Source: Methanothermobacter thermautotrophicus str. Delta H
GTDB lineage: Archaea; Methanobacteriota; Methanobacteria; Methanobacteriales; Methanothermobacteraceae
NCBI RefSeq assembly: GCF_000008645.1
Contig: NC_000916.1
Coordinates: 1,500,001-1,532,000, forward strand
DNA length: 32,000 nt
Direction: 5' to 3'
Below the pieces are notes generated by a model that saw nothing but the letters and a program-made list of their open reading frames with translations, was not told the origin of the DNA and did not search any database. Below, piece after piece: positions 18,995-29,963 of this stretch; within the stretch, counting starts at the first letter, position 1; every line of letters begins with the position of its first letter. Made by a program: the position numbers and the translations under genes.

Positions 18995-20389
18995 GTGAAT
19001 GTTTTTGGCATTACAGAACTGAAAAACCCGGTAAAGGAAAAGATAGAATTTAAAGAACCCTTTGAACTATTCAAAAGTATTTATTCTGAATACGACTCAT
19101 CATTCCTTCTGGAGTCAATGGAAAGCGACACGGGTCTTGCAAGATACTCATTCATGGGATTCGAGCCACAGATGATAATAAGGGCCCGTTCAGGTTTTAT
19201 AGAAGTTGAATACGAGGGATCAAGGGAGGAGTTTGATACAGAAAACCCCTTTGAATTCCTGAGGCAGTTCACAAGACCCGCTGGAAAATCCAGGGGCTTC
19301 TGTGGGGGCCTTGTTGGCTACATATCCTATCAGGCTGCAAGGTTCTTTGACAGTATCAACCTCAGCCCCGGAAACTTCCCGGACTTTGAATTCGGACTCT
19401 TCCTTGACGGTATCATGTTCAACCACCTCACAGGAGAATGCAGTTACATCAGCCTCAAGGAGAACAGACTCCCGGAAATATCAGAACTGCTGCGCGAGGA
19501 AACCCCAACAGGGCACCTTAAATACAGGAGCATGGGGACCCTGTTCTCAAGGAGGAGATACCTTGGAATGGTGGAGGAGGCAAGGGAGAGGATAGCTGAG
19601 GGCGAAATATTCCAGGCAGTCCTCTCAAATGCCACTGACTACAGGCTCCGTGGTGACAGGCTTGCCCTCTACGAAGCCCTCAGGAGGGTTAACCCCTCCC
19701 CCTACATGTACCACCTGAAACTTGGCAGCAGGGAGATAACAGGTTCAAGTCCTGAAATGCTTGTCCGTGTGGAGGATAAACAGATTGAAACCTTCCCAAT
19801 CGCAGGAACCAGGCCAAGGGGGAAAACACCCCATGAGGATGAGAGAATAGCGGCGGAACTGCTGTCAGATGAGAAGGAACTTGCAGAGCACCTCATGCTC
19901 GTTGACCTTGCAAGGAACGACCTCGGGAGAATATCTGAGTTTGGCACGGTCCAGGTACCGGAGTACATGACCATAAGGAGGTTCTCCCATGTTCAGCACA
20001 TCCTCTCCCATGTAACCGGCAGACTCAGGAAGGGCATGGATGCCCTTGATGCCCTTGGCGCGGTCTTCCCGGCAGGTACAGTGAGCGGGGCGCCCAAAAT
20101 AAGGGCTATGGAAATAATAGAGTCACTTGAGGGGGTGCCGAGGAATGCCTACGCCGGTGCCCTGGGCTATCTCTCACTGAACGGTAACGCAGACTTCGCA
20201 ATAACCATAAGATCCATGGTCGCTGAGGGAGCGTATGGAAGAATACAGGCAGGGGCAGGTATAGTACATGACTCCGTACCTGAGAGGGAATACGTGGAGT
20301 GCCAGAACAAGGCCATGGCGGTCCTTAAATCAATGGAACTGGCAGGTGATGGCTTTGATTCTGATGAACCATTTATCGCCAGGAGGTAA
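18995..20389 (+). CDS. trpE: Anthranilate synthase component I
   Basis: 464 aa ORF: ESDTGLARYSFMGFEP, SPEMLVRVEDKQIETFPIAGTRPRG, DLARNDLGRISEFGTV, GTVSGAPKIRAMEIIE, AGAGIVHDSVPEREY. First position in the trp operon. Confidence 0.96.
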   Translation: MNVFGITELKNPVKEKIEFKEPFELFKSIYSEYDSSFLLESMESDTGLARYSFMGFEPQMIIRARSGFIEVEYEGSREEFDTENPFEFLRQFTRPAGKSRGFCGGLVGYISYQAARFFDSINLSPGNFPDFEFGLFLDGIMFNHLTGECSYISLKENRLPEISELLREETPTGHLKYRSMGTLFSRRRYLGMVEEARERIAEGEIFQAVLSNATDYRLRGDRLALYEALRRVNPSPYMYHLKLGSREITGSSPEMLVRVEDKQIETFPIAGTRPRGKTPHEDERIAAELLSDEKELAEHLMLVDLARNDLGRISEFGTVQVPEYMTIRRFSHVQHILSHVTGRLRKGMDALDALGAVFPAGTVSGAPKIRAMEIIESLEGVPRNAYAGALGYLSLNGNADFAITIRSMVAEGAYGRIQAGAGIVHDSVPEREYVECQNKAMAVLKSMELAGDGFDSDEPFIARR

Positions 20390-20979
20390 TGGTTGTGATC
20401 CTGATAATTGATAACTATGACTCATTCACCCATAACCTCTACCAGCTTGCAGGGGAGATCCTCCGGGATGAGGGGATGGATGAGGAGATAATGGTCCTCA
20501 GGAACGATGAGGCCAGGATATCAGATCTTAGGGCCCTGGATCCAGAAAAGATAATCATATCCCCGGGTCCTGGCAATCCTTCAAGGAGGAGTGACTTCGG
20601 TGTTTGCATGGATGTGATAGGGGAATTCACGGACAGGCCCCTCCTGGGGGTATGCCTTGGACACCAGGGCATATTCCACGCCTTTGGCGGAAGGGTTGAC
20701 CAGGGGGAACCGGTTCATGGAAAGATAGTTGAGGTATTCCATGACGGATCAGAACTCTTCAGGGACGTTCCAAATCCCTTCAGGGCAACCAGGTACCATT
20801 CACTCGTATGCAGACCCGAAGACACACCTGCAGATATAGAGGTAACTGCTGTGACATCAGATGAAATTATAATGGCCATAAAGCACAGAGAATATCCAGT
20901 CTACGGGCTGCAGTTTCACCCGGAGTCAGCCGGAACCCCAAGCGGAAGAACCGTCATTAGAAATTTCCTCAGGATGTGA
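20389..20979 (+). CDS. trpG: Anthranilate synthase component II (glutamine amidotransferase)
   Basis: [42 protein letters not shown]. Confidence 0.95.
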
Positions 20980-20983
20980 ACAC

Positions 20984-21802
20984 ATGCTCAGGGATATTAT
21001 AAGGTCAAAGAAACTCGAAGTTAAGGAACTCATGAAAAAAACACCCCTCAGCATCCTAAGGGATGATATAACAGTCATGGACGAGCCAGTGAGCTTCCCA
21101 GCTGCAGTGGGAGGAGGCAAAGTATCTCTCATATGCGAATACAAGAGGGCATCACCATCAATGGGCAGAATATCAGAGAGAGGCCTTGAAGAGATGATGG
21201 AGGTATACCAGGACCTCGCCGATGCAGTATCCATAGTAACCGACGGCAAATACTTCAAAGGCTCCCTGGATCTGCTGAGCGGGGCCACAGATTACGGTAA
21301 ACCACTGCTCATGAAGGACTTCCTGGTCGACGAGTACAAGATCTACCAGGCAAGGGCATCGGGGGCATCCTCGGTTCTCCTAATCACAGGCGTATTCCCT
21401 GACCTTGAGGCAGGGATTCAAAAATGCAGGGAGCTCTCAATGGAGCCACTGGTGGAGTGTCACACATCGCTTGACATCTTCAGGGCCCTTGAAGCAGGTG
21501 CAGAGATAATAGGTGTGAACAACAGGGACCTTGAAACCTTCGAGGTGGACCTTGAAAGAACCCATGCACTGGCACCCCTCGTACCCGATGAACTCATACT
21601 CGTATCAGAGAGTGGTGTCAGGGGCCCCGAGGATGCTGAGATACTGGCAGGTTACGGTGCAGATGCTCTGCTCATCGGCACAGCACCCATGTCAGCCCAG
21701 AACCCACGGGAACTCCTTGAGGAGATAGTAGATGCGGTGAGCCAGTGCAGGGACCGGAGAAGAAGGTACACGGGGGATGAATTCTTTGAACAGTTCGCAT
21801 GA
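20984..21802 (+). CDS. trpC: Indole-3-glycerol-phosphate synthase
   Basis: [40 protein letters not shown]-like, [22 protein letters not shown]. Confidence 0.94.
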
Positions 21803-22511
21803 GTCCCTGGCAGATGTACTCGTAAAGATCTGCGGTATAAAAAGGCCAGAGGACGCAATACTGGCAGATAAACTTGGTGCTGACCTCCTTGGCCTCATAC
21901 ACGTAGAGAGATCACCACGACACCTCACAGGAAGGGAACTGGAGGACATCCTATCACTCATACCTCCTGAGAAGGCCGTGATCGTCCTTGAACCCTCCGA
22001 TCCAGTGGAGGTGGCTGAGGTTATTGAGAGAACAGGTGTGGAGAGAGTCCAGCTCCACTCCATCTCATGTGAAGATGCCAGGGGCATAAAGAGGGTACTC
22101 ACTGAAAACGGGTTTAATCCAGGGATAACAGTCGCAGTACCACCGGAGCCCGGTTCACTGGATGTTCTTGACCACATCCCATGTTCATGTGTCATGCTCG
22201 ATTCCAGCTCCGGTGGTAGAACAGGGGGGACGGGGAGGATGATTCCACCCGAACTGGCCCTCGGGATGCTCCGCCTCATAAGAAGTCATGAGAGCGCACC
22301 GGAGGTGGCCCTTGCAGGGGGCCTTGGACCATCCACTGTGAGGCTTAACCCTGAATACTTACTGGAATTCGATTGTCTGGACTTCAACTCTGGCATTGAG
22401 GCTGCACCGGGGATAAAGGATCATGCAATGATGTTTGAACTCATGGAGTACATGGGGAGGACGGGCGGACTTCAGAAACCGTCCAGGTTACAGAGAGGTG
22501 AGTTATCATGA
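21777..22511 (+). CDS. trpF: Phosphoribosylanthranilate isomerase; 5' end overlaps trpC
   Basis: [28 protein letters not shown]...SPRHLTG...VQLH...[10 protein letters not shown]...[14 protein letters not shown]. Confidence 0.93.
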
Positions 22512-23686
22512 TAATGGATGGAAAATTCGGTAAATATGGAGGCATATTCGTGCCGGAGCTTCTTATACCGGCACTTGAGGAACTTGAGAGGGCCTTCCTC
22601 CATTACAGGGATGACAGGAAGTTCATGGCTGAACTCGAGTACCATCTCCGGGAGTACGCTGGAAAGCCCACAGGCCTTTACTATGCCAGGAACCTGTCAG
22701 AGAAACTCGGATGCAGGGTGTACCTCAAGAGGGAGGACATGCTGCACACAGGGGCCCACAAGATAAACAACACCATAGGCCAGGCTCTGCTCGCAAGGTA
22801 CATGGGCAAGACCAGGATCATAGCCGAGACAGGGGCAGGGCAGCACGGGATAGCCACCGCCGCTGCCGGGGCCCTCTTTGGAATGGACGTTGATATCTAC
22901 ATGGGCACAGAGGATGTTGAGAGGCAGAAGCTCAATGTATTCAGAATGGAGGTATCAGGTGCGGAGGTCATACCGGTCGACTCAGGTTCAAGGACCCTTA
23001 AGGACGCCATAAACGAGGCCATGAGGGACTGGATTAGCAACGTGGATGACACCCACTACCTCATAGGTTCCACCATGGGCCCCCACCCCTACCCGACCAT
23101 GGTGAAGCACTTCCAGAGCGTCATAGGGAGGGAGGCCAGGGAACAGATACTCGAAGTCGAGGGAGAACTTCCAGACACGGTTATAGCGTGTGTTGGGGGC
23201 GGAAGCAATGCCATAGGCATATTCTCTGCCTTCATGGATGATGATGTTGAACTCATAGGTGCAGAGGGGGGTGGAGAAGGTATAGAGTCAGGAAACCATG
23301 GAGCCACACTCTCTGCGGGCTCAGAGGGAATCCTTCATGGTTCATTATCATACGTCCTTCAGGATGGGGATGGTCAGATAAGTGAGGCACATTCTGTCTC
23401 AGCTGGTCTGGATTATCCGGGTGTTGGACCAGAACACGCCCATCTCATGGATACAGGCAGGGCAAGGTATGAGCCGGTAACAGACACCGAGGCACTCAGG
23501 GGCTTCAGGCTCCTCTCAAGATATGAGGGTATAATGCCAGCCCTTGAGAGTGCCCATGCAATAGCCTGCCTTGAAAGGTACGCTGAGAAACCTGAGAACC
23601 GGGGAAAAACGGTTATCGTCAATCTCTCAGGAAGGGGAGATAAGGACATGTTCATGGTTGCTGGTTTGCTGGGGGTGGGTGTGTGA
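22508..23686 (+). CDS. trpB: Tryptophan synthase beta chain
   Basis: [72 protein letters not shown]. Confidence 0.97.
   Translation: MIMDGKFGKYGGIFVPELLIPALEELERAFLHYRDDRKFMAELEYHLREYAGKPTGLYYARNLSEKLGCRVYLKREDMLHTGAHKINNTIGQALLARYMGKTRIIAETGAGQHGIATAAAGALFGMDVDIYMGTEDVERQKLNVFRMEVSGAEVIPVDSGSRTLKDAINEAMRDWISNVDDTHYLIGSTMGPHPYPTMVKHFQSVIGREAREQILEVEGELPDTVIACVGGGSNAIGIFSAFMDDDVELIGAEGGGEGIESGNHGATLSAGSEGILHGSLSYVLQDGDGQISEAHSVSAGLDYPGVGPEHAHLMDTGRARYEPVTDTEALRGFRLLSRYEGIMPALESAHAIACLERYAEKPENRGKTVIVNLSGRGDKDMFMVAGLLGVGV
23649..23673 (+). repeat. 25-nt direct repeat unit 1 (TGTTCATGGTTGCTGGTTTGCTGGG), at the trpB 3' end
   Basis: Identical to 23696..23720, offset 47 nt. Confidence 0.95.
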
Positions 23687-23695
23687 TTGCTGATG

Positions 23696-23720
23696 TGTTC
23701 ATGGTTGCTGGTTTGCTGGG
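23696..23720 (+). repeat. 25-nt direct repeat unit 2, in the trpB-trpA junction
   Basis: Identical to 23649..23673; both copies are followed shortly by GTGTGATTG. Confidence 0.95.
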
Positions 23721-23732
23721 AGTGTGATTGTA

Positions 23733-24545
23733 ATGTCAGGAGCTAAATCAATGAGTTATGCTGAGATGTTCAGACGGGCGGATGGCTGTGCCTTCGTCCC
23801 CTTCGTGGTTGCAGGGGACCCTGATATGGAGACATCCCTTGAGATCATAAGGACCCTTGTGGATGCAGGGGCCGATGCCCTTGAGGTAGGCTTCCCATTC
23901 TCTGACCCAATAGCAGATGGTACAAGCGTTCAGGGCGCTGATCTGCGGGCCCTCAGGGCAGGCATGACAACCGAGAAGTGCTTCCAGCTTATAGAGAGGG
24001 TCCGGGAATTCACTTCCATACCCATAGGCCTGCTGGTATACTACAACCTGATCTACAGGATGGGTGTTGATGAGTTCTACCGGAGGGCTGCAGAAGCAGG
24101 GGTCACAGGGATACTTGCAGCGGATCTCCCCCCTGAAGAGGCCTCAGATGCACTCAGGGCCGCTGAAAAATATGATATAGATCAGATATTCATAGTTGCA
24201 CCAACAACCGGTAGTGAACGCCTCAAAAGGATCTCTGAGGTCTCATCAGGATTTCACTACCTCGTCTCGGTGATGGGGGTCACCGGCGCAAGATCAAGGG
24301 TTGAGGATGCAACCATCGAACTCATAAAAAGGGTGAAGGCTGAGGGAAGTCTGCCGGTAATGGTTGGATTCGGTGTATCAAGACCCGAACATGTGAGGAT
24401 GCTGAGGGATGCAGGAGCCGATGGAGTTATCGTCGGAAGCGCCATCATAGACGTGATATCCGGGAACCTCGGCGACAGGGAGCTTATGCTCCAGAGGATC
24501 CATGAAATGGCAGGCACTCTGAAAGCCGCAGGAGGATCAGGATGA
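23733..24545 (+). CDS. trpA: Tryptophan synthase alpha chain; start uncertain between 23724, 23733 and 23751
   Basis: [76 protein letters not shown]. Confidence 0.94.
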   Translation: MSGAKSMSYAEMFRRADGCAFVPFVVAGDPDMETSLEIIRTLVDAGADALEVGFPFSDPIADGTSVQGADLRALRAGMTTEKCFQLIERVREFTSIPIGLLVYYNLIYRMGVDEFYRRAAEAGVTGILAADLPPEEASDALRAAEKYDIDQIFIVAPTTGSERLKRISEVSSGFHYLVSVMGVTGARSRVEDATIELIKRVKAEGSLPVMVGFGVSRPEHVRMLRDAGADGVIVGSAIIDVISGNLGDRELMLQRIHEMAGTLKAAGGSG

Positions 24546-25600
24546 AATTCAGGAGGATGATCTCTGAAATAATGGACTTCAGGAACCTCAGTGAGGATGA
24601 GGCCTACAGTCTGATGGAGATGATAATGGCTGGTGAACTTGATGATATTAAGATAGCCGCAATTCTAACGGCCCTTGCAATGAAGGGGGAAACAGTGGAT
24701 GAGATAACAGGCTTCGCCAGGGCCATGCGGGATAGATCCCCCAGGGTCAGGGTTTCAGGGTCCCATGAGGTTGTTGATTCCTGCGGGACCGGAGGCGACA
24801 GTTTCAGGTCATACAATATAAGCACAGCAGCCGCCATGATAGCAGCCGCTGCAGGTGTGAGGGTTGCAAAGCATGGTAACAGGGCGGTCACCGGGTCATG
24901 TGGGGGTGCAGATATACTCGAGGCTGCAGGTGTGAACATAGAACTGGATGCAGCTGCAGCTGCGAGGTCCCTCAGTGATGTGGGCATCTCATTCATGTTC
25001 GCACCCCTATTCCACAGGGCAACTGCTAGGGTGGCGGCGGTGAGGAGGTCCCTGGGATTCAAGACAGTATTCAACATACTGGGACCATTAACATCCCCTG
25101 CTGCAGCAGGAATACAGCTTCTGGGGGTATTTGACCCTCAGCTTGTGGGCCCGGTTGCTGAGGTGCTCAGGAACCTCGGAACACGCTGTGCAATGGTTGT
25201 TCATGGATTCGATGCTAACCTCAACCCTGCCCTGGATGAGATATCAACCGTTGGCCCCACCCTGGTGGCGTTCCTTGAGGATGATGAGATCAGGATTGAT
25301 AGACTGATGCCCCCTGACTTTGGAGTTGAGGTGGGAGAACTTGAACATCTGAGGGCAGGATCAACCACCGCTGAGAACCTGGAGCTGTTCATGGATGTCC
25401 TCAGGGGACGTGAGGATACACCTGAACAGAAATCAAGACTCGATATAGCCCTTGCAAATGCCGGAGCCCTTATCTACCTTGCAGGCCTGGCTGATACACT
25501 GCCTGAGGGAACAGAGACTGCAAAAAGAACAGTTAAATCTGGAGCTGCCCTGGAGCTCCTGGAAGAATTTGTATCATACACAAGGAACCTGCAGTCCTGA
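24542..25600 (+). CDS. trpD: Anthranilate phosphoribosyltransferase
   Basis: [64 protein letters not shown]. Confidence 0.96.
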   Translation: MKFRRMISEIMDFRNLSEDEAYSLMEMIMAGELDDIKIAAILTALAMKGETVDEITGFARAMRDRSPRVRVSGSHEVVDSCGTGGDSFRSYNISTAAAMIAAAAGVRVAKHGNRAVTGSCGGADILEAAGVNIELDAAAAARSLSDVGISFMFAPLFHRATARVAAVRRSLGFKTVFNILGPLTSPAAAGIQLLGVFDPQLVGPVAEVLRNLGTRCAMVVHGFDANLNPALDEISTVGPTLVAFLEDDEIRIDRLMPPDFGVEVGELEHLRAGSTTAENLELFMDVLRGREDTPEQKSRLDIALANAGALIYLAGLADTLPEGTETAKRTVKSGAALELLEEFVSYTRNLQS

Positions 25601-25630
25601 ATTCTCAGATATCCGATATAAAAAGGTGGA

Positions 25631-25704
25631 TGGGCCCGCTGGGATTCGAACCCAGGGCCTCACGGTTATCAGCCGTGCGCTCTAACCACCTGAGCCACGG
25701 GCCC
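25631..25704 (-). tRNA. tRNA-Ile (GAT anticodon)
   Basis: Minus strand GGGCCCGTGGCTCAGGTGGTTAGAGCGCACGGCTGATAACCGTGAGGCCCTGGGTTCGAATCCCAGCGGGCCCA folds as a cloverleaf: 7-bp acceptor, anticodon loop CTGATAA, TTCGAAT T-loop. 3' CCA not encoded. Confidence 0.97.
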
Positions 25705-25786
25705 ATATTAAGAATCAGTGGGGTGATTCCAACTTTTGGAGTTACTCCTATATATGCTTTTCTGTGGTTCTGGAGACACACCCTTT

Positions 25787-26356
25787 TCATGGAGTGGTGT
25801 CACCAGCCCATGCGGCTTCAATTATCCCGAGGATATCAAGGGCGGCCTCTTCGGGGTCATGGTTTTCCACTATGCTGACCACTGAGCCCAGGACTGCTGA
25901 ACACACGAACATGGACGTCCTGAGCATTTCCATATGCTCCCTGAGGCTCTCCAGGCTCTCCCTGACCCTCATCTTTGAGTCGGCCATTCTCCTCCAAAGT
26001 ATGCTCTGAGGATCCGATTCAAGGATTACAATTATGTCGGGGGATATGATGTCAACGGGGAGAGAAATAAGATAACCCAGGGGGGACCGGTCGAGTCCAT
26101 GGAGATCCATCAGCACGTAATCCAGTCTCCTTATCCTGTGGGCTGCTTCAAGCCAGATAAGGTGTTGCTGGTCCATGGGGAGTTTGAAGAGGTCCTCCAG
26201 GGTTTCTGCAAGGTTCCACTCACCTGCGACCCGGAGCATCAGTTCCCCATAGTTTATGTAGGTGTGTCTCACCATCCCTGATAGGATCCTGCATACGGTT
26301 GTTTTACCGGTACCCGGCACTCCAACAACCGCAACGGTCCTGGGGACCCCTTTCAT
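25787..26356 (-). CDS. Adenylate kinase-like NTPase (AK6/Fap7 type)
   Basis: VAVVGVPGTGKTTVCRILS P-loop, LDYVLMDLHGLDRSPLGYL, IIVILESDPQSILWRRMADSK. Confidence 0.8.
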   Translation of the reverse strand: MKGVPRTVAVVGVPGTGKTTVCRILSGMVRHTYINYGELMLRVAGEWNLAETLEDLFKLPMDQQHLIWLEAAHRIRRLDYVLMDLHGLDRSPLGYLISLPVDIISPDIIVILESDPQSILWRRMADSKMRVRESLESLREHMEMLRTSMFVCSAVLGSVVSIVENHDPEEAALDILGIIEAAWAGDTTP

Positions 26357-26368
26357 GAGTTTGAGGCT

Positions 26369-26659
26369 CTATTTATTCACCATTTCACTTATGGCATCGG
26401 CCATCATGTGGCCTTCAACTGTGATCTCGGCCCGGTCAATTCCCTCAACCTGTTCGGCGACGTTCCTTGCATCCATCGCCATCCTCGCAGCACTCATACA
26501 TCCAGGGTTTGTGGGCCGGATGGTTATCTTTGCTATGGTTTCACCCTTATCTTCGATTTCAATGTTCTCGACAAGACCCATCTCCACGATACTTATGCCC
26601 ATGTGTGGGTCTGCAACCTTCTTGAGAGCTTCCTTAACCTTTTCCAGGAGTTCTTCTGA
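26369..26659 (-). CDS. MIP18/DUF59-family protein, probable Fe-S assembly-associated; likely starts at the internal Met (MSEELLEKV)
   Basis: LLEKVKEALKKVADPHMGISIVEMGLVENIEI...TIRPTNPGCMSAARMAMDA. Confidence 0.85.
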   Translation of the reverse strand, partial: SEELLEKVKEALKKVADPHMGISIVEMGLVENIEIEDKGETIAKITIRPTNPGCMSAARMAMDARNVAEQVEGIDRAEITVEGHMMADAISEMVNK

Positions 26660-26797
26660 CATTATTATTACCTCAGATGCTATTTTGATAATCACTGTAG
26701 TGATTCTCTATTTTTAAGCTAACCCTATTTAAAAGTGTTCCTTTCCCCGCAATCTAAATAGGGAATCAAAGCCAGTAAATAGGATACCAGGGCGAGA

Positions 26798-27727
26798 TTA
26801 ACCAGTCCTTCGCCTAACTCTGACAGCCACACCCCTTTCAGCCCTCACCATTTCATCTCCGCTGAGTACAGCCCTCCCTACACCTGCAACTTCTCCTCCC
26901 TGTACTATGACCACCTCATCACCTGGTATGATTCCCGTGTCGGCGTCGGAAACACCGGGAGCAAAGAGTGTGTTGCTTTCAAGGTTGAAGTCTATCTCAA
27001 CCCACTTCACTCCCAGCATGTAAAGGGACCTTCCACCCTCGGGTGAGAGTGAGATGAGTCCACGGTCCATCATGAAGGTGCCTATCTGGGTGCCGTCGGA
27101 TTTGAGGATCTTTCTATGGTATCTTCCGGTGACCCGGCAGTCCTCGGGTATAATCCTTTCTCCGCCAGGTCCGAACTGGTACACTGCAACCGAACGAAGC
27201 ATGTGCAGCAGCCTCTCCCTTGGCGGGATCCTTTCATAACTCTCAAGTTCCCTCTTAAGCCTCTCCAGGGCCTCAGGCGAGGTGGGCCGTGCTTCCATGC
27301 TGGTCGCTGTGAAGGAGTCAAGGTACTCCATGCACACCTCAAGGTAACCTCCATCCACGTGGGCTATGACATCAAGGTCACCCACATATTCCCTTAGGAC
27401 ATCTCCCACCAGTTTCTTTTCCTCATGGGACCACTCTCCAATGGTTGAGACGTCATAGGATGAGATGGGGTAGGTGTTTTCGAGTTCCCGGGGGCATATG
27501 CCGAAGGGTGATGTCAGTATAAGCTCCTGGAAGCCCCTAGTGACTCCTGTGAATTTTCTGTGGGACCTTGATGTTGAGTAGGGCTTCTTCATGCTGCAGG
27601 GAAGCACCACAACAACATCTCCCAGGGGCCTCATTAACCTCATTCTCTCCCGCCACCTGACAGCCTCGGGACGGTGGAGGGATTCTTCAATTGAACATAT
27701 GACCTTCATTCTATCAACCTTTATCAC
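26798..27727 (-). CDS. ArcS/TGT-related protein with PUA domain (archaeosine synthase core-like)
   Basis: VVVVLPCSMKKPYSTSRSHRKF motif, DVIAHVDGGYLEVC, and C-terminal PUA-like FAPGVSDADTGIIPGDEVVIVQGGEVAGVGRAVLSGDEM. Confidence 0.75.
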   Translation of the reverse strand: MIKVDRMKVICSIEESLHRPEAVRWRERMRLMRPLGDVVVVLPCSMKKPYSTSRSHRKFTGVTRGFQELILTSPFGICPRELENTYPISSYDVSTIGEWSHEEKKLVGDVLREYVGDLDVIAHVDGGYLEVCMEYLDSFTATSMEARPTSPEALERLKRELESYERIPPRERLLHMLRSVAVYQFGPGGERIIPEDCRVTGRYHRKILKSDGTQIGTFMMDRGLISLSPEGGRSLYMLGVKWVEIDFNLESNTLFAPGVSDADTGIIPGDEVVIVQGGEVAGVGRAVLSGDEMVRAERGVAVRVRRRTG

Positions 27728-27824
27728 ATCATATTCATGCAGCGCCTATCCACAGTTCAGACAGTACAATAAGCTTTCGACAACATTATACATTTTCACG
27801 GGCAGAATCCTTTTTAAGTGTACC

Positions 27825-29253
27825 TTAAGTACCTTTCAACCATTTTACGCCTGTTAATTCGGCGACATCCTTTTTAAGGGCGACGAGGTCCTCGGGGTTC
27901 AGTTTCTTCACATCATCCTTTCCGGTGATCCTGGCAAAAGTCGGCAATCTCAGCCGTTGAAACCCTTATGAAGTTTTCAAGTCCTTCAATGGCCCTCTCC
28001 AGGTCCATGTGTTTCAGCAGGTCAGGATCATGGGTTGTTATCCCCGTCGGACACTTGCCGGTGTGGCATAACCTGTGCTGCTGACAGTTGAGGGCTATGA
28101 GTGCCGCTGTACCTGTGTAGACAGCATCAGCACCCAGGGCGAGACACTTTGCCATGTCAGCGGCTGTCCTGAGACCCCCACCTGCAATGAGGGACACCCT
28201 ATCGCCATGACCCTCATTGATGACGGTTTTAACGGCCCGTGGTATGGCTGCGATGAGGGGGATGCCTGTGTTGTCCCTTATATGTGGGTTAACAGCTCCA
28301 GTACCCCCACCAAAACCGTCAAGACTTATAAAATCTACTCCAGCATCAAGCAGGGCCTTAACGTCATCCTCCACGTTGCCACACCCTATCTTGGCACCTA
28401 TGGGTGCCCCTCCACTCATTTTTCTGAGCTCTTTGACCTTCTCTTCGAGTTCCATCTGATCACGTATATCATGGTGGTGTGCAGGCGAATATGACCCCTC
28501 ACCGGGGGCAAGCCCACGGACCCTTGCAACATCAGGGCTTATCTTGTCTGGAGGGAGATAACTTCCTTTACCGGGATATGCACCCTGACCAAATCTTATC
28601 TCTATTGCAGCAGCACCCCTGAGCACATCCTCGGTGATACCGAACCTTCCGGTGGAATACTGGATTATGAGGTAATCGCCTGCCTTTTCAAGTTCCCTCT
28701 GCAGTACTCCACCTTCACCCGAGTTGAATCCAATCTTAAGTCGGTCTGCAACGGATGCAATGGCTATACGGGTCTTCTCTGAAACCGCCCCGTAGCTCAT
28801 ACCACTTATTATTATGGGGGATTTGAGCCGCAGAGGTCTTTTTGATTCAGGTCCGATGATTACATCAGTTTTAACCGGGTCCTCTGCATTGAGGGGGATT
28901 TTTGAGACCTGTGCCGGAAGGAAGTGTAGATCATCAAGTCCCAGGGGCAGCCTCTTCTCGGATCCCATGGACTCAACCGGGACCTCCCCACTATGGGCTA
29001 TCCTTTTTATCTGGACTATTTTGAGATATTCACGGTCATCCTCGGATCTTCTCTGTCTTCTCATCCTTATGCCATTCAGTGATTCTGTGTTACAGAAGTA
29101 AAGCTCCCTGAGACCATACTCCCGGTATATGGGGCATGATGCACAGAGGCAACCCCTCTCCTCAACCTCATACCTGCTGCTCCTGCCTTCACAGAAGAAA
29201 AGTTCACCATCCCCATGATCAGGATAGCTGGGACAATCGGGACACAGACATTC
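27825..29253 (-). CDS. Glutamate synthase domain 2-like (FMN-binding) protein. Track ORF is 27913..29064; both ends appear to extend, the C-terminal end through a frame change at about 27936
   Basis: SKRPLRLKSPIIISGMSYGAVSEKTRIAIASVADRLKIGFNSGEGG, YLPPDKISPDVARVRGLAPGEGSYSPAHHHDI, SLDGFGGGTGAVNPHIRDNTGIPL, CHTGKCPTGITTHDP. Extensions explained in findings. Confidence 0.85.
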
Positions 29254-29435
29254 CGTTTTTCTGTTTATATAACCCCCTCCCGCTGGTACTGTAACCTAAT
29301 ATGTGGATACTGGTTAAAGTGGTTTCCTTTTTTACAGAGTTAGAAGGGGATTATATTTCCAGGAGATTCCTTGATATCCCCAGTTTCCAGGGGACATTCT
29401 GATGGCTATTACGAAGCCCTTTAAGTCTCCAGGGC

Positions 29436-29918
29436 TTATAGGTGTCCCAGAAGCTCTTCATGAAGCCTTTTAAGACTTTCTATTGAAGGGTGGTCTGCTC
29501 CAAGGCGATCAGACCATTTTTTTATTACAAAATCAATATCAACTTCATCAGAGCCATTTATGAGGTTATCTGCATGGGCAACAATCTTCTCCTCGAGGGT
29601 TCTTGGCATGTAATCTCCTGGAGGAAGTCCCAGGGCCTTTGCCTCCTCAGGGGGTATACCTGCCCCCACGTGTCTTTCAACTATCCTCACAACTTCGGGG
29701 GGGTAACCAAATCCTTCAAGGATGCGCGCACCCTCCACCGCGTGTTCAACACCGCTGGTCCTGCAGCGGCCTATATCATGAAGAATGGCTCCCTCCTCCA
29801 CCAGCTTCATGTCAACCGGGAGTTCACGTGATAACTCGAGGGCCTTTTTTCTGACGGCTAGGGAGTGGTCTATCACCCACTCGGGACATCCAACAACCCG
29901 GAGTAAACGTAGGCTCAA
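29436..29918 (-). CDS. HD-domain (HDIG) phosphohydrolase-like protein
   Basis: [49 protein letters not shown]...[14 protein letters not shown]. Confidence 0.88.
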   Translation of the reverse strand: MSLRLLRVVGCPEWVIDHSLAVRKKALELSRELPVDMKLVEEGAILHDIGRCRTSGVEHAVEGARILEGFGYPPEVVRIVERHVGAGIPPEEAKALGLPPGDYMPRTLEEKIVAHADNLINGSDEVDIDFVIKKWSDRLGADHPSIESLKRLHEELLGHL

Positions 29919-29963
29919 GGAGACACCACTATGATTGATCAGAATCAGGAGTATATACGGGAA

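Noticed and set aside
22518-22893. Small plus-strand ORFs inside trpB
   Set aside because: Alternate frames of a confident trpB; no homology-like content.
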